64,000 nucleotides of DNA from an uncultured Acidimicrobiales bacterium (GTDB lineage Bacteria; Actinomycetota; Acidimicrobiia; Acidimicrobiales; SHLQ01): positions 2,419 through 66,418 of the forward strand of contig CALHTB010000082.1 of NCBI GenBank assembly GCA_938038785.1, read 5' to 3'. Position 1 is the first letter of the stretch. Each line of letters starts with the position of its first letter. Of this stretch, positions 20,732-29,423 are shown one piece after another. Under the pieces are notes generated by a model. It did not search any database, was not told where the DNA came from, and was given only the letters and a program-made list of their open reading frames with translations. The position numbers and the translations under genes are program-made.

Positions 20732-21265
20732 CTACCGAACAGGTGGACCTCTGCGTGACATGACCGACGACAGCCGTGCTGTCACGGGCACAACGCAGGC
20801 AGCAACGGCGAAGGCTGGTTGAGGAGTGGCGGTCGACCATTGCGGGGCGGACGAGCTGAGAAAGTTCGATACGAGCTGTACGGCCGACCGCACCGACCAG
20901 TGCAGAGCGAGCGCAACGAGCGGGGCGAGCGCCATGCCAAGCCAGAACACCGGCTCGCCGAACAACTGGAGCAGTCCATATCCATCGGCCAAACGCTCGA
21001 TTTGCTCTAAGGCGACATATCCCATCGAGATTGCGAGAGCGAGAGAACCGGGCGGTCCAGCGTCATAGCGGCGCCGCTTCAGGCTGCGGGTGACCGATCG
21101 GGCAAGCACGCCGAGCAGGGCAAGCGATCCGCCGAACCAGGCAAAGGCCATGTGCCCGTGAGCGATTGAACTTTCAACACCAAAAAGTGCCGAAACCGTA
21201 TACGCGACTTGGTGCACCATCAGAACGCCGACACCGGCGAGCAGGAAGGAATCCAAGCGCTGCAT
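20732..21265 (-). CDS. Hypothetical 4-TM membrane protein, first gene of the operon
   Basis: Four hydrophobic segments (FLLAGVGVLMV, FAWFGGSLALLGVLA, LALAISMGYVAL, VFWLGMALAPLVALAL). No recognisable family. Confidence 0.55.
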   Translation of the reverse strand: MQRLDSFLLAGVGVLMVHQVAYTVSALFGVESSIAHGHMAFAWFGGSLALLGVLARSVTRSLKRRRYDAGPPGSLALAISMGYVALEQIERLADGYGLLQLFGEPVFWLGMALAPLVALALHWSVRSAVQLVSNFLSSSAPQWSTATPQPAFAVAACVVPVTARLSSVMSRRGPPVR

Positions 21266-21399
21266 TTGGGCCAGTGTAAAGAACGAAAGTACGCAAGCGC
21301 TGGCGGTGCTGATAAGAAGTTGGGTAAGAAATTGCGAAAAACCGTCGGCGCCGTAAGGATGTCGCGGTTACTGAGGCGGATACCGAAGGGAAGTCAAAC

Positions 21400-23265
21400 A
21401 TGGCTATCGATATGGGAAATCACCCGTATGGGCCGGGTTCGCACGCTCCATTGGCAGACAAGCGCGAAATGCCAGCTTGTTACCCAATCAAGGGCAACGA
21501 AAACTCAAAGAAGTTCCACCGTCCTGATTCACAGGGCTACGGACAAACAATCGCCGAGGTCTGGTTTGACTCGCCATCTGCAGCCGAGGCCGCTGGATTC
21601 TCGCTTGCTGGCGGGCACTCCGAAGACGGGCGCAACGAAGATTACGAGCCCGGCGGCTCGGGTCACCCGTGCACCGTTGATGCGGTGAACGCAGCTCGCG
21701 CGGCCGCGGGTGCCGGTGGAGCAACCACGGTTACCTCAGGCTCTGCAACTGTCGACGGCGTTGCTGGTCAGGCAGGAATCACCACCGAGATCTCTGGTGA
21801 GATGCCAGATGTCGATGGTGGCGGCGTGTCGGGTAAGGCCGCTGCTGCCGGAGCCGCTGGCGTCGCTGGTGCAGCTGGTTTGGCTGCCGCTGCGGGCGGC
21901 AAGCTCGGCGACTTGGGGGACAAGATCCCCGGAGCTGGAGACCTCACTGCCGACATCAGCGCTCCCGATGTGAACGTTCCAGACGTCAACATGCCAGACG
22001 TCAACATGCCAGACGTGGATGTTCCTGATGTGAGCGCTCCCGATGTGAACATCAGCACGCCAAACGTTGATGTCAGCGCTCCCGATATCAGCACTCCTGA
22101 CGTGAGCGCACCGGACGTCGATATGCCCGACGGCGGTGGAATTTCCGGCAAGGCCGCTGCAGCTGGTGCTGCAGGCGTTGCTGGCGCTGCTGGTTTGGCT
22201 GCCGCTGCTGGTGGCAAGCTGGGCGATCTCGGCGACGTTGGTGGCAAGGTCACCGGAGCTGCTGGCGATCTTGGTGGCAAGGTCACCGGCGGAGTTACCG
22301 GTGCAACCGGCAAGGTCACCGGAGCTGCTGGTGGTGCCCTGAGCGGCGCCAAGGGCGCTGCAGGTGGCATTGGTGGCAAGGCCACAGCGGCTGCAGGCGC
22401 AGGTGCCGCAGCTGTTGGCGGAACGGTCCGCCGCGACGTCAACGTTGACTATGACGGCGGTGACGATGACGAGGCTGGCCTTATGGGTTGTTTGCGAAAG
22501 TGGTGGTGGCTCTTGGCCCTGCTGCTCGGCGTACTTCTCCTCGGCCTGCTGCTTAGCCAGTGCGGCGGTGGCGACGACGGCGATGCCGAAGCGACTCCAG
22601 CTGCGGTAACCGAAGCGCCGACTACCACCGAAGCTGCAACGACAACCGAAGCTCCGACCACGACTGAGGCTGAGCCGGAGACCACAACCACCGAGGCCGA
22701 AACGACAACCACGACCGAAGCTCCTGCTGAGGAAGAGGAAATCGCAACGCTCGCTGGTGTTGCCGAAGGTACGTCCCCAACCGTGTACAGCATTCTGGGC
22801 CCACTCGGCCTTGCTGCTGCGCTCGAGAGCGAAGGCCCAATCACCGTGTTCTTGCCAAGCGATGCAGGTGCAACTCAGGTCATCACCGACAACCCGGATC
22901 TCCTCACCGACTTCCAGGCCGATCCTGCAGCGGCTGCGGCGATCCTCGGATACCACGTGGTTCCAGGAGTCTTCAAGGCAGAAGATCTTGCCGGAGGGGC
23001 CACACTCGTGACCTCGACCGGTCTCGAGATCACCATTGCTGACGGGGCGGTAAACGGGGTCGAGATTACCAGCACCGATTCGATGGGAAGCAACGGCGTT
23101 ATTCACGTGATCAACGGTGTGCTTCTTCCACCGGCAAACCCCCAGCTTGCAGTAACCGGTACAACCACCGAGCTCGCCGGAGCTATCGGCGGTGCCTTCC
23201 TCGTACTTGGTGCGACGATGGTGTACGCCGCTCGTCGTCGTGAAGACGAAGAGCTTGCTGCCTAG
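21400..23265 (+). CDS. Multidomain surface protein: N-terminal sunset-like domain, PDV-pentapeptide and Ala/Gly repeats, internal TM, Thr/Glu linker, FAS1 (fasciclin) domain, C-terminal LAxTG sorting signal
   Basis: N-terminus YPIKGNENSKKFHRPDSQGYGQTIAEVWFDSPSAAEAAGF. TM segment WWWLLALLLGVLLLGLLL. FAS1-like ITVFLPSDAGA...ILGYHVVPG...NGVIHVINGVLLPP. C-terminus QLAVTG, then hydrophobic AGAIGGAFLVLGATMVYA, then RRRE. Confidence 0.75.
   Translation: MAIDMGNHPYGPGSHAPLADKREMPACYPIKGNENSKKFHRPDSQGYGQTIAEVWFDSPSAAEAAGFSLAGGHSEDGRNEDYEPGGSGHPCTVDAVNAARAAAGAGGATTVTSGSATVDGVAGQAGITTEISGEMPDVDGGGVSGKAAAAGAAGVAGAAGLAAAAGGKLGDLGDKIPGAGDLTADISAPDVNVPDVNMPDVNMPDVDVPDVSAPDVNISTPNVDVSAPDISTPDVSAPDVDMPDGGGISGKAAAAGAAGVAGAAGLAAAAGGKLGDLGDVGGKVTGAAGDLGGKVTGGVTGATGKVTGAAGGALSGAKGAAGGIGGKATAAAGAGAAAVGGTVRRDVNVDYDGGDDDEAGLMGCLRKWWWLLALLLGVLLLGLLLSQCGGGDDGDAEATPAAVTEAPTTTEAATTTEAPTTTEAEPETTTTEAETTTTTEAPAEEEEIATLAGVAEGTSPTVYSILGPLGLAAALESEGPITVFLPSDAGATQVITDNPDLLTDFQADPAAAAAILGYHVVPGVFKAEDLAGGATLVTSTGLEITIADGAVNGVEITSTDSMGSNGVIHVINGVLLPPANPQLAVTGTTTELAGAIGGAFLVLGATMVYAARRREDEELAA
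21961..22130 (+). repeat. Coding pentapeptide-type repeat (xPDVx) array
   Basis: APDVNVPDVNMPDVNMPDVDVPDVSAPDVNISTPNVDVSAPDISTPDVSAPDVDMPD. Confidence 0.85.
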
Positions 23266-23291
23266 CGACTAGCGAACCAATTCAAGTATGT

Positions 23292-23330
23292 CAGTGGCGT
23301 CCGGGAAACCGGGCGCCACTGGCCGTTTTG
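23292..23330. terminator. Hairpin between convergent genes, followed by a T-run on the + strand
   Basis: cagtggcg-tccgg-gaaa-ccgg-g-cgccactg, then gccgttttgg. Confidence 0.5.
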
Positions 23331-23347
23331 GCGTGATGCACTCTCGG

Positions 23348-24817
23348 TCAGAAGTCGAAGTGCATGCCATCTTCGCCCATGTCGTCATCCATGTAATAGC
23401 TGGTGTGTCCGTCGTCCATTGGTGAGTTGCCGACCCCGAGCGAGCGTTGAGTGATGGGACTCGAGTGCTCGAGAAGATCGGTGATTGCTGCATCGAGCAT
23501 CTGATCGTCGAGAACGGCATCTTCATCGATCGATGCCATCACTGCTCGCCGAGCAAGCTCTTTAACGAACGAGGCCGTGACGCCGTCGAGCCGCTCGATT
23601 GCCGAGTCGAACGAGGTGATCTTGTGATCGATATCTTGGAGGTAGAGCTCGAGGAGACGTCGTCGAGCAGCGGGGTCGGGCTTGGAGATCTCGACAGCTT
23701 GATCGATGCGGCCTGGGCGCGACGCCAGTGCGGGTTCGAGAATTTCGGCGCGGTTGGTAGTGAGGACGAACAGCAGGTCTGAGTCGTCGGCGAACCCGTC
23801 CATCTCGTTGAGAAGCTGGAAGAGCATCGGGTTGTCGCCCATGCCCATGCCCCGGTCGTAGGCAATGAGGTCGACATCTTCGATGACTATTGTGGCGGGC
23901 GGGAACGCCCTGGCGATGGCGGCGGCCTGGCCGATGGCACCAGCCGATGGCCCCTGCAACACGATCGTGGTGCGCCCGGGCATCGAGTTGATCAAGTAAC
24001 TCACCGTGTGGGTCTTGCCGGTTCCCGGTGGCCCATACAGAAGAAGCCCGCGCTTGAGGTGGCGCCCGCGCGTTCGCAGCTCGTCGGCCTTTTCCGATAG
24101 GCCAATCGTGTGACGTTCAATCGCCGACAGGTCATCAGGCGGCAAGATGAGCTGGCCGCGTGTAACCGGTTGCGGCGCAATGAAGTGAAGTCCGAACTCG
24201 CCGTATTCGGAGAACACGAAGCCCAGGGTCTTCCCGCGGTACACGTTGTGCGTGGCTCGCAGTTCGGCCAAAGCCTGGAGTGCTCGTTGCGATGTCTCAA
24301 CGTCGGGCGAAATGGCCTCGATTCGTATGTTGGCGCCGTTCGGCCGATGCTCGTCGCTCGCCCAAAGGGCGATGGCGACCGGCGTCCCATCGAGCCGAGT
24401 TAGCCAGATCCCAGCAGACGCGCACCGAAGCTGTTCGTCGACATCGACGGGGTGCTCGGACCAGCTGACCGGGCCCATGTCACCATGGCCGAACGGGTTG
24501 TCGCCCAAGAGCGTTTTGAGGCTCATCGAGGGTCCCATCTGGCCAACGTGAGGATCGAGACCGAGCAGCTCGGCGTCGGCGTCGAATGCATCGATTGCAA
24601 GCTGCTGGTTGACGCGATCGGAAACGAGGATCTGTTCGGTGGCTGTTTCCAGAGCCATCGGGTCGGTGCCGAGGTGGGTCGTCAGCCGTTCGAGTAATTC
24701 ACCCGAGCCGGAGCGCCGACCCTTGTTCGCTGCGTCTTGCAGCGCGAGCCACGCCTGCATAAATGCATCGAGTTGTTCGGCCGTTACCGCGTGTGCCGCC
24801 GAGCTATTTTCTGCCAT
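23348..24817 (-). CDS. AAA+ ATPase (classical AAA clade) with an N-terminal domain of unknown function
   Basis: From the ATG at 24817 (MAENSSAAH). Walker A LLLYGPPGTGKTH, Walker B TIVIEDVDLIA, second region of homology TTNRAEILEPALASRPGRID. The longer track ORF would overlap the MFS gene. Confidence 0.85.
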   Translation of the reverse strand: MAENSSAAHAVTAEQLDAFMQAWLALQDAANKGRRSGSGELLERLTTHLGTDPMALETATEQILVSDRVNQQLAIDAFDADAELLGLDPHVGQMGPSMSLKTLLGDNPFGHGDMGPVSWSEHPVDVDEQLRCASAGIWLTRLDGTPVAIALWASDEHRPNGANIRIEAISPDVETSQRALQALAELRATHNVYRGKTLGFVFSEYGEFGLHFIAPQPVTRGQLILPPDDLSAIERHTIGLSEKADELRTRGRHLKRGLLLYGPPGTGKTHTVSYLINSMPGRTTIVLQGPSAGAIGQAAAIARAFPPATIVIEDVDLIAYDRGMGMGDNPMLFQLLNEMDGFADDSDLLFVLTTNRAEILEPALASRPGRIDQAVEISKPDPAARRRLLELYLQDIDHKITSFDSAIERLDGVTASFVKELARRAVMASIDEDAVLDDQMLDAAITDLLEHSSPITQRSLGVGNSPMDDGHTSYYMDDDMGEDGMHFDF

Positions 24818-24837
24818 AGGTGCACAGTAGTGGTGGC

Positions 24838-26004
24838 CTAGGACGTTGTCTTTTGAATCGCTTGGGACGCGTCTCGGTCTGCAATGTTGAGCCAAGCCAG
24901 GATGAGAAGAACCGCTGCGACAACACCGCTCACGCCAAACGACCCGATCGGCCCGCCAGCAGCGTCGTAGGCGATCGGCGCAATGAACGCGGACACCGCA
25001 GCGGCGCTCGAACCCGCGGCATCGATCAGCCCGGTGCCAATCGCCGACTTCTCGGCTCCGGTTTCGTTGATGACGACTCGGGCGGCTGACGGAAAGATGG
25101 TGCTCTCCATCGCTGTCTGAACAAACGCGAGCGCAATGAAGACCGCCACGCCTTCCCACAGGCCGAGGAGCAGCACGATCGGCACAAAGCCGGCGAGCGC
25201 GCCGAGCATGATTCGAGCCGGGCGTGGGTGGGTGTCGACGTAGCGACCAGTAAGGCGCGGCATTACCAGCAGCGGGCTGGCGACGACGATGAGGACGAGC
25301 CCGAGTTGAGCGTTTGATACCCCGAGGTCGGTGAGGTATTCATCAACCGTTGCGTCGAACACGCCAATGTTGAAGAACACTGCGATCTGTGCGAGTACCG
25401 CCGCCCGAACTCCCGGCGATCGAAGCAGCGGCAACATGGCTAACAGGTTGGCGTCATCTGACACCGCAATGGGTGTGGCGGCGAGCCATCGAAGGGTGGG
25501 AATCGCGACGACAGCCAGCAGGGCCGCGACCACCAGGTATGGCGTTTCGATCCCGCCCCACTCTGAGAGCTGGGCTCCCAATGCCGGCCCAAGGATGAAC
25601 CCGGCCACCGCCGCTGAAATGAAGCCGCCGATTTTCTCGCCGCTGTCATCGGTCGTGTCGCCGATGAGCGCCTTTCGTCCAACGATCGAGAACAGGCCAG
25701 CGCTCACGCCGGTCAGCGCTCGGCTGGCGGCCAGGCTCCAAAGCTCGGTGGCATAGCCAATCCACACGTTGCCGATAATCGCCGTGACGAAGCTCAGCAC
25801 GCCCAAGAGCCTGAGGTGGCCTCGATCGCCGTACGGAGCTATTGCGAGCGATGCAAACACCGCAGTAGCGAAGCTCAACGCTGAAATCAGGCCGATGCCC
25901 CAGGCTGGAATTCCGTAGTCGGTCTCGATGTCTTCGAGGAAGATGAACGTGATGCCCGCCGAGGCCACCATCAACAAGTAGGTGACGTACACGAGGCGAT
26001 GCAT
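24838..26004 (-). CDS. MFS transporter
   Basis: 388 aa with about 12 hydrophobic segments and the typical MFS loop PYGDRGHLR after TM2. Confidence 0.85.
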   Translation of the reverse strand: MHRLVYVTYLLMVASAGITFIFLEDIETDYGIPAWGIGLISALSFATAVFASLAIAPYGDRGHLRLLGVLSFVTAIIGNVWIGYATELWSLAASRALTGVSAGLFSIVGRKALIGDTTDDSGEKIGGFISAAVAGFILGPALGAQLSEWGGIETPYLVVAALLAVVAIPTLRWLAATPIAVSDDANLLAMLPLLRSPGVRAAVLAQIAVFFNIGVFDATVDEYLTDLGVSNAQLGLVLIVVASPLLVMPRLTGRYVDTHPRPARIMLGALAGFVPIVLLLGLWEGVAVFIALAFVQTAMESTIFPSAARVVINETGAEKSAIGTGLIDAAGSSAAAVSAFIAPIAYDAAGGPIGSFGVSGVVAAVLLILAWLNIADRDASQAIQKTTS

Positions 26005-26046
26005 CGGAGCAGCCTACGACCGCCGACGGTCAAGCCATGATCGCTG

Positions 26047-26853
26047 TCAGGTTGCGTCGAAGAGGCGAACTCCTTGGGCGCGGGTGGTGGCGACGATATC
26101 GGTGATGAAACCGCGTCGGGTTTGGCCGCAAGCCGACAGCAGCCGACGGTGTTCCCAGGCAACGGCGATCGTTGCGGCGGTGGCTGCTACGACCCATCCA
26201 CGTCGTACCAGTTGGCTGATGGGCCCGGGCCACGACAGGTGCTGGGGGAGTGTTGCTGAGTGGAACTCGAGTTGGCGTAGTTCGTCGACGTGGAGCCGGT
26301 TGAAGATGCGCGAGAGTGTGGGGTCGCCTACTCCGTGCGCGATCGTGGAGTAGATTTCGGCGCTGATGAGCTGGGCGATGACGATAGCGAGCAGCTCGAA
26401 CCTGGCGCCGCGTCGGTGGCGGGTGACGCGGAAGGCCTGTTCACTCCAGTGGTCGTCGATCATGTCGATGTCGAGTGCGGAGCACACGAGGGCGAGGAGG
26501 CGTGCGTGCTCTTGGGACTCGATGATGAACAAGCGAAGGGCTTGAAGGTGATCTTCGCCGACCACGCCGCAGGCCGAGTCGAGCAGGTGGCGTCCGGTGC
26601 CGATCTCGCCGAGCTGGAAAACCGGGAGCGACTGGCGAAGCGCAGCGTCGACGACGGGGGCGAGCACCCACATGCCCGACGTCGTTACGTTGGCGTGCTG
26701 ATCGGCATGGATCTCAAAGTCCGATCGCCACAGCGCTTCGGGGGAGTGGTCGTCGATTTGGGTGGGCGCCGCCTCGGCTGTCCAGGTCGAGGGGTGGCGG
26801 CGCTTTGAACGGGCAGTCGCCCAAGCGCGGAAGTCGATCACGTTGTCCGTCAT
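26047..26853 (-). CDS. Hypothetical protein (helical; one ExxH motif ESQEHARLL, weak ferritin-like hint only)
   Basis: ORF with coding-like composition. The ATG at 26853 (MTDNVIDF) is preferred over the track start at 26919, because 26903-26916 is an SOS box. Confidence 0.55.
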   Translation of the reverse strand: MTDNVIDFRAWATARSKRRHPSTWTAEAAPTQIDDHSPEALWRSDFEIHADQHANVTTSGMWVLAPVVDAALRQSLPVFQLGEIGTGRHLLDSACGVVGEDHLQALRLFIIESQEHARLLALVCSALDIDMIDDHWSEQAFRVTRHRRGARFELLAIVIAQLISAEIYSTIAHGVGDPTLSRIFNRLHVDELRQLEFHSATLPQHLSWPGPISQLVRRGWVVAATAATIAVAWEHRRLLSACGQTRRGFITDIVATTRAQGVRLFDAT

Positions 26854-26902
26854 GGGTGTCACGTTGGCGATCGTGAAAGAAAATCCCGCGAAAGGCTTGC
26901 AC

Positions 26903-26916
26903 CGAACAGTTGTTCG
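26903..26916. promoter_or_regulatory. LexA SOS box CGAAC-AGTT-GTTCG
   Basis: A perfect GAAC-N4-GTTC palindrome of the Gram-positive/actinobacterial type. It lies 156 nt upstream of the recA GTG and 50 nt upstream of the divergent gene. Confidence 0.7.
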
Positions 26917-27071
26917 CAATTACATTCGTGTCGTTCGGAAAAGCAAGTTCAAACACACAAGTCCAAACGATCGTGTCACACCCCATCTCTACTGTGTGAC
27001 TCAACCAAGAAGACCTCAACACAAGAAGTCAATGTTTAGCCCCGCAGCTGCGGGATACGAAGGAGAAATCA

Positions 27072-28133
27072 GTGGAGCGTGAAAAGGCACTTGAGATGGC
27101 ACTCGGCCAGATCGAGAAGCAGTTTGGCAAGGGTTCGGTCATGCGCATGGGCGAGAAGGGGTCGATGGCTATCGAGACGGTGCCTACTGGCGCTCTTGCC
27201 CTCGACCTTGCACTCGGTGTGGGCGGTTTGCCCCGTGGCCGAGTTACCGAGATCTACGGCCCAGAGTCATCGGGTAAGTCCACGCTGGCAACCCATGTGG
27301 TGGCCGAGGCTCAGCGCAACGGTGGGCAATGTGCATACATCGACGCCGAGCATGCAATGGACCCGGTCTATGCAAAGGCCATCGGCGTCGACATCGACAG
27401 CCTCCTCATCTCACAGCCTGATACGGGCGAGCAGGCTCTCGAGATTTGCGACATGCTCGTTCGCTCCGGTGCACTCGATGTCATCGTTATCGACTCGGTT
27501 GCTGCGCTTACGCCAAAGGCTGAAATCGAAGGCGACATGGGCGACCACCACGTTGGTGCTCAAGCTCGGTTGATGTCGCAGGCGTTGCGCAAGCTCACCG
27601 CCAACCTCAACCGGACCGACACGATTTGCATCTTCATCAACCAGCTTCGCGAGAAGATCGGAGTCATGTTCGGTTCGCCCGAGACCACACCCGGCGGCCG
27701 TGCGTTGAAGTTCTACTCGTCGGTACGTCTCGACATTCGCCGCATCGAGTCGATCAAGCAGGGTGCTGAGGTTGTTGGCAACCGGACCCGTGTGAAGGTT
27801 GTCAAGAACAAGGTGGCTCCTCCATTCCGTCAGGCCGAATTCGACATCATGTACGGCGTTGGTATTAGTCGAGAGGGATCGGTTCTCGACTTGGCCGTCG
27901 AACATGACGTCATCAAGAAGTCGGGTGCCTGGTACACCTACGAAGGCGAACAGCTGGGTCAGGGTCGCGAGAAGGCAAAAGACTTCCTGATGCAGAACCC
28001 TGAGGTCATGGTCGAGATCACCGACCGAGTGACGAAATTGGTCATGCCTGAGCCTCAGGAAGAAGAAGCTATTGATCTTTCTGAAGAGGCGTTCACCGAG
28101 GCTGATGATGAGCCAATTCTGCTCGAAGACTGA
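27072..28133 (+). CDS. recA: Recombinase RecA
   Basis: [25 protein letters not shown], Walker [49 protein letters not shown]. Confidence 0.97.
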   Translation: MEREKALEMALGQIEKQFGKGSVMRMGEKGSMAIETVPTGALALDLALGVGGLPRGRVTEIYGPESSGKSTLATHVVAEAQRNGGQCAYIDAEHAMDPVYAKAIGVDIDSLLISQPDTGEQALEICDMLVRSGALDVIVIDSVAALTPKAEIEGDMGDHHVGAQARLMSQALRKLTANLNRTDTICIFINQLREKIGVMFGSPETTPGGRALKFYSSVRLDIRRIESIKQGAEVVGNRTRVKVVKNKVAPPFRQAEFDIMYGVGISREGSVLDLAVEHDVIKKSGAWYTYEGEQLGQGREKAKDFLMQNPEVMVEITDRVTKLVMPEPQEEEAIDLSEEAFTEADDEPILLED

Positions 28134-28153
28134 CGCGGAGTAGCGGTCACTTC

Positions 28154-28195
28154 GCCCGACTCCACCGAGCGTGGGGTCGGGCATCTGCCGTTTTC
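28154..28195 (+). terminator. Rho-independent terminator after recA
   Basis: Stem gcccgactccac / gtggggtcgggc with loop cgagc, then ...gccgttttcg. Confidence 0.6.
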
Positions 28196-28222
28196 GACCA
28201 GTTAACACATTTGGTAGGCAAA

Positions 28223-28236
28223 TTACATCGATGTAA
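28223..28236. promoter_or_regulatory. Perfect 14-bp palindrome TTACATCGATGTAA in an AT-richer patch upstream of the small membrane-protein operon
   Basis: Read directly from the sequence. Candidate operator. Confidence 0.35.
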
Positions 28237-28362
28237 TACGCAGCGCGCGAATATATGCACCGATTCTGTGTATGAGTGGTGCTAGCGTGATCTGCGGCAG
28301 GTGGAGGCTAGGTGTCCTAACGGATTCTGGCCGGGCCCTTCGACCCTTTGGAGGACCCCAAA

Positions 28363-28560
28363 ATGACACGACGATTCGGTTACCCCCTGCTCGGACTATT
28401 CGTGCTGTACCTAATCTCGCTGAACGCAGCCGAGACCGGGCGCCGCGGAAATGACTTCCTCGCGATCGTCGCTGGCCTCGGCAACGCAATGCTCGACTTC
28501 TTGCGCGGCCTCGCCGGCGACGGCGCAGTTACCCAAGCCCTCGGTGTCATCGGACTGTGA
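28363..28560 (+). CDS. Small membrane protein
   Basis: ATG at 28363 (MTRRFGYPLLGLFVLYLISL) preceded by GGAGGA 7 nt upstream. Its end overlaps the next gene's start. Confidence 0.5.
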   Translation: MTRRFGYPLLGLFVLYLISLNAAETGRRGNDFLAIVAGLGNAMLDFLRGLAGDGAVTQALGVIGL

Positions 28561-29312
28561 CCAACCCGGTCCCGAATCGGCCAACGGGTGGATACATCGC
28601 GCAAAGGCCCAGCGCCTATGACCACATCCGGCTTCTCATAGCGCCACCGCGCGATGAAGATGTTCTGATTGCCGACGAGGTGGTGTACTACAAAGCACCC
28701 AAGCATCTGATGAGCCTGGCCGAACCAATCATCGAGACGATCGCAGTGGTAGTTGTGGCCACGGCCGTCCTGGCACGTCCGGCCTACGCCGGCCCAAACC
28801 TTGCCCTCCTGCTGCTCGTGCTTTCGGCCATCGTCGTGTGGCGATGGGTTCAAGCCCAAACCTGGGGATGGGCTGCGCTCATCACCGGTGTGCTCGTGGC
28901 GTACACGATGATCACCACGGCAATCGACCCTGTCGTGTTGGTTCCTGCCGTTGGGGTGTGGTTCCTCGCCCGCCTCGGCATCTTGGTGCTGCGTTGGTAC
29001 AAATACGAAGTTCGCTATCTCACAAACCGGCGAATAATTGAGGCCACGGGCTTCCTCGGCCTGCGGGTTGCGTCGATGCCGGTAACGCGCGTTACCGACC
29101 TAGTTCTCGACCGAACAACCCTCGGTGAAGCCTTTGGCTACGGCAACCTCCGCATCGAAAGTGCCGGCCAAGACCAGTCGCTCGCAAACGTGCAGTTCCT
29201 TGTCGAACCAAGGACCTTTCACCGTCTAGCTGTTCGTCTTGCTACAAAGCCTGCAGAAATCGACCTCAAAAACTTCATTGACGTACGCCCTATCCGAAGG
29301 ATAGGAAGATAG
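28557..29312 (+). CDS. Membrane protein with a bacterial PH (bPH_2, YdbT-like) domain
   Basis: TM segments, then RYLTNRRIIEATGFLGLRVASMPVTRVTDLVLDRTTLGEAFGYGNLRIESAG, which is typical of bPH_2. Confidence 0.7.
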   Translation: MTNPVPNRPTGGYIAQRPSAYDHIRLLIAPPRDEDVLIADEVVYYKAPKHLMSLAEPIIETIAVVVVATAVLARPAYAGPNLALLLLVLSAIVVWRWVQAQTWGWAALITGVLVAYTMITTAIDPVVLVPAVGVWFLARLGILVLRWYKYEVRYLTNRRIIEATGFLGLRVASMPVTRVTDLVLDRTTLGEAFGYGNLRIESAGQDQSLANVQFLVEPRTFHRLAVRLATKPAEIDLKNFIDVRPIRRIGR

Positions 29313-29423
29313 TACTGGGCTGGCATTTGGCAGTTCAGTAGTATTTCCCCTCCAAGACATCAGACGCTTGCCACTTCGGTGACAGGCGTCTGGTGCGTTT
29401 GGGGGGGGTGTAGCGTAAATACG

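Noticed and set aside
19212-20822. 536-aa + strand ORF across the envelope operon
   Set aside because: It is antisense to two well-supported minus-strand genes. Its sequence is Arg/Gly-rich and repeat-derived (VALLTVALLTV..., SSVIRRSSVILRSSVIRR), typical of high-GC shadow ORFs.
20435-22130. Regularly spaced short direct repeats that could be mistaken for a CRISPR array
   Set aside because: The units are 15-18 bp with no spacers, are in frame, and translate to EEGHG / DDTAAQ / PDVN peptide repeats. No cas genes are present.
21736-23106. 456-aa minus-strand ORF opposite the FAS1 protein gene
   Set aside because: It is a shadow ORF with a Ser/Cys/Arg-rich nonsense composition. The + frame has recognisable domains and a sorting signal.
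26047-26919. Ferritin-like/diiron annotation for the gene divergent from recA
   Set aside because: Only one ExxH motif (ESQEHARLL) is visible, and I could not find the second. It is left as hypothetical.
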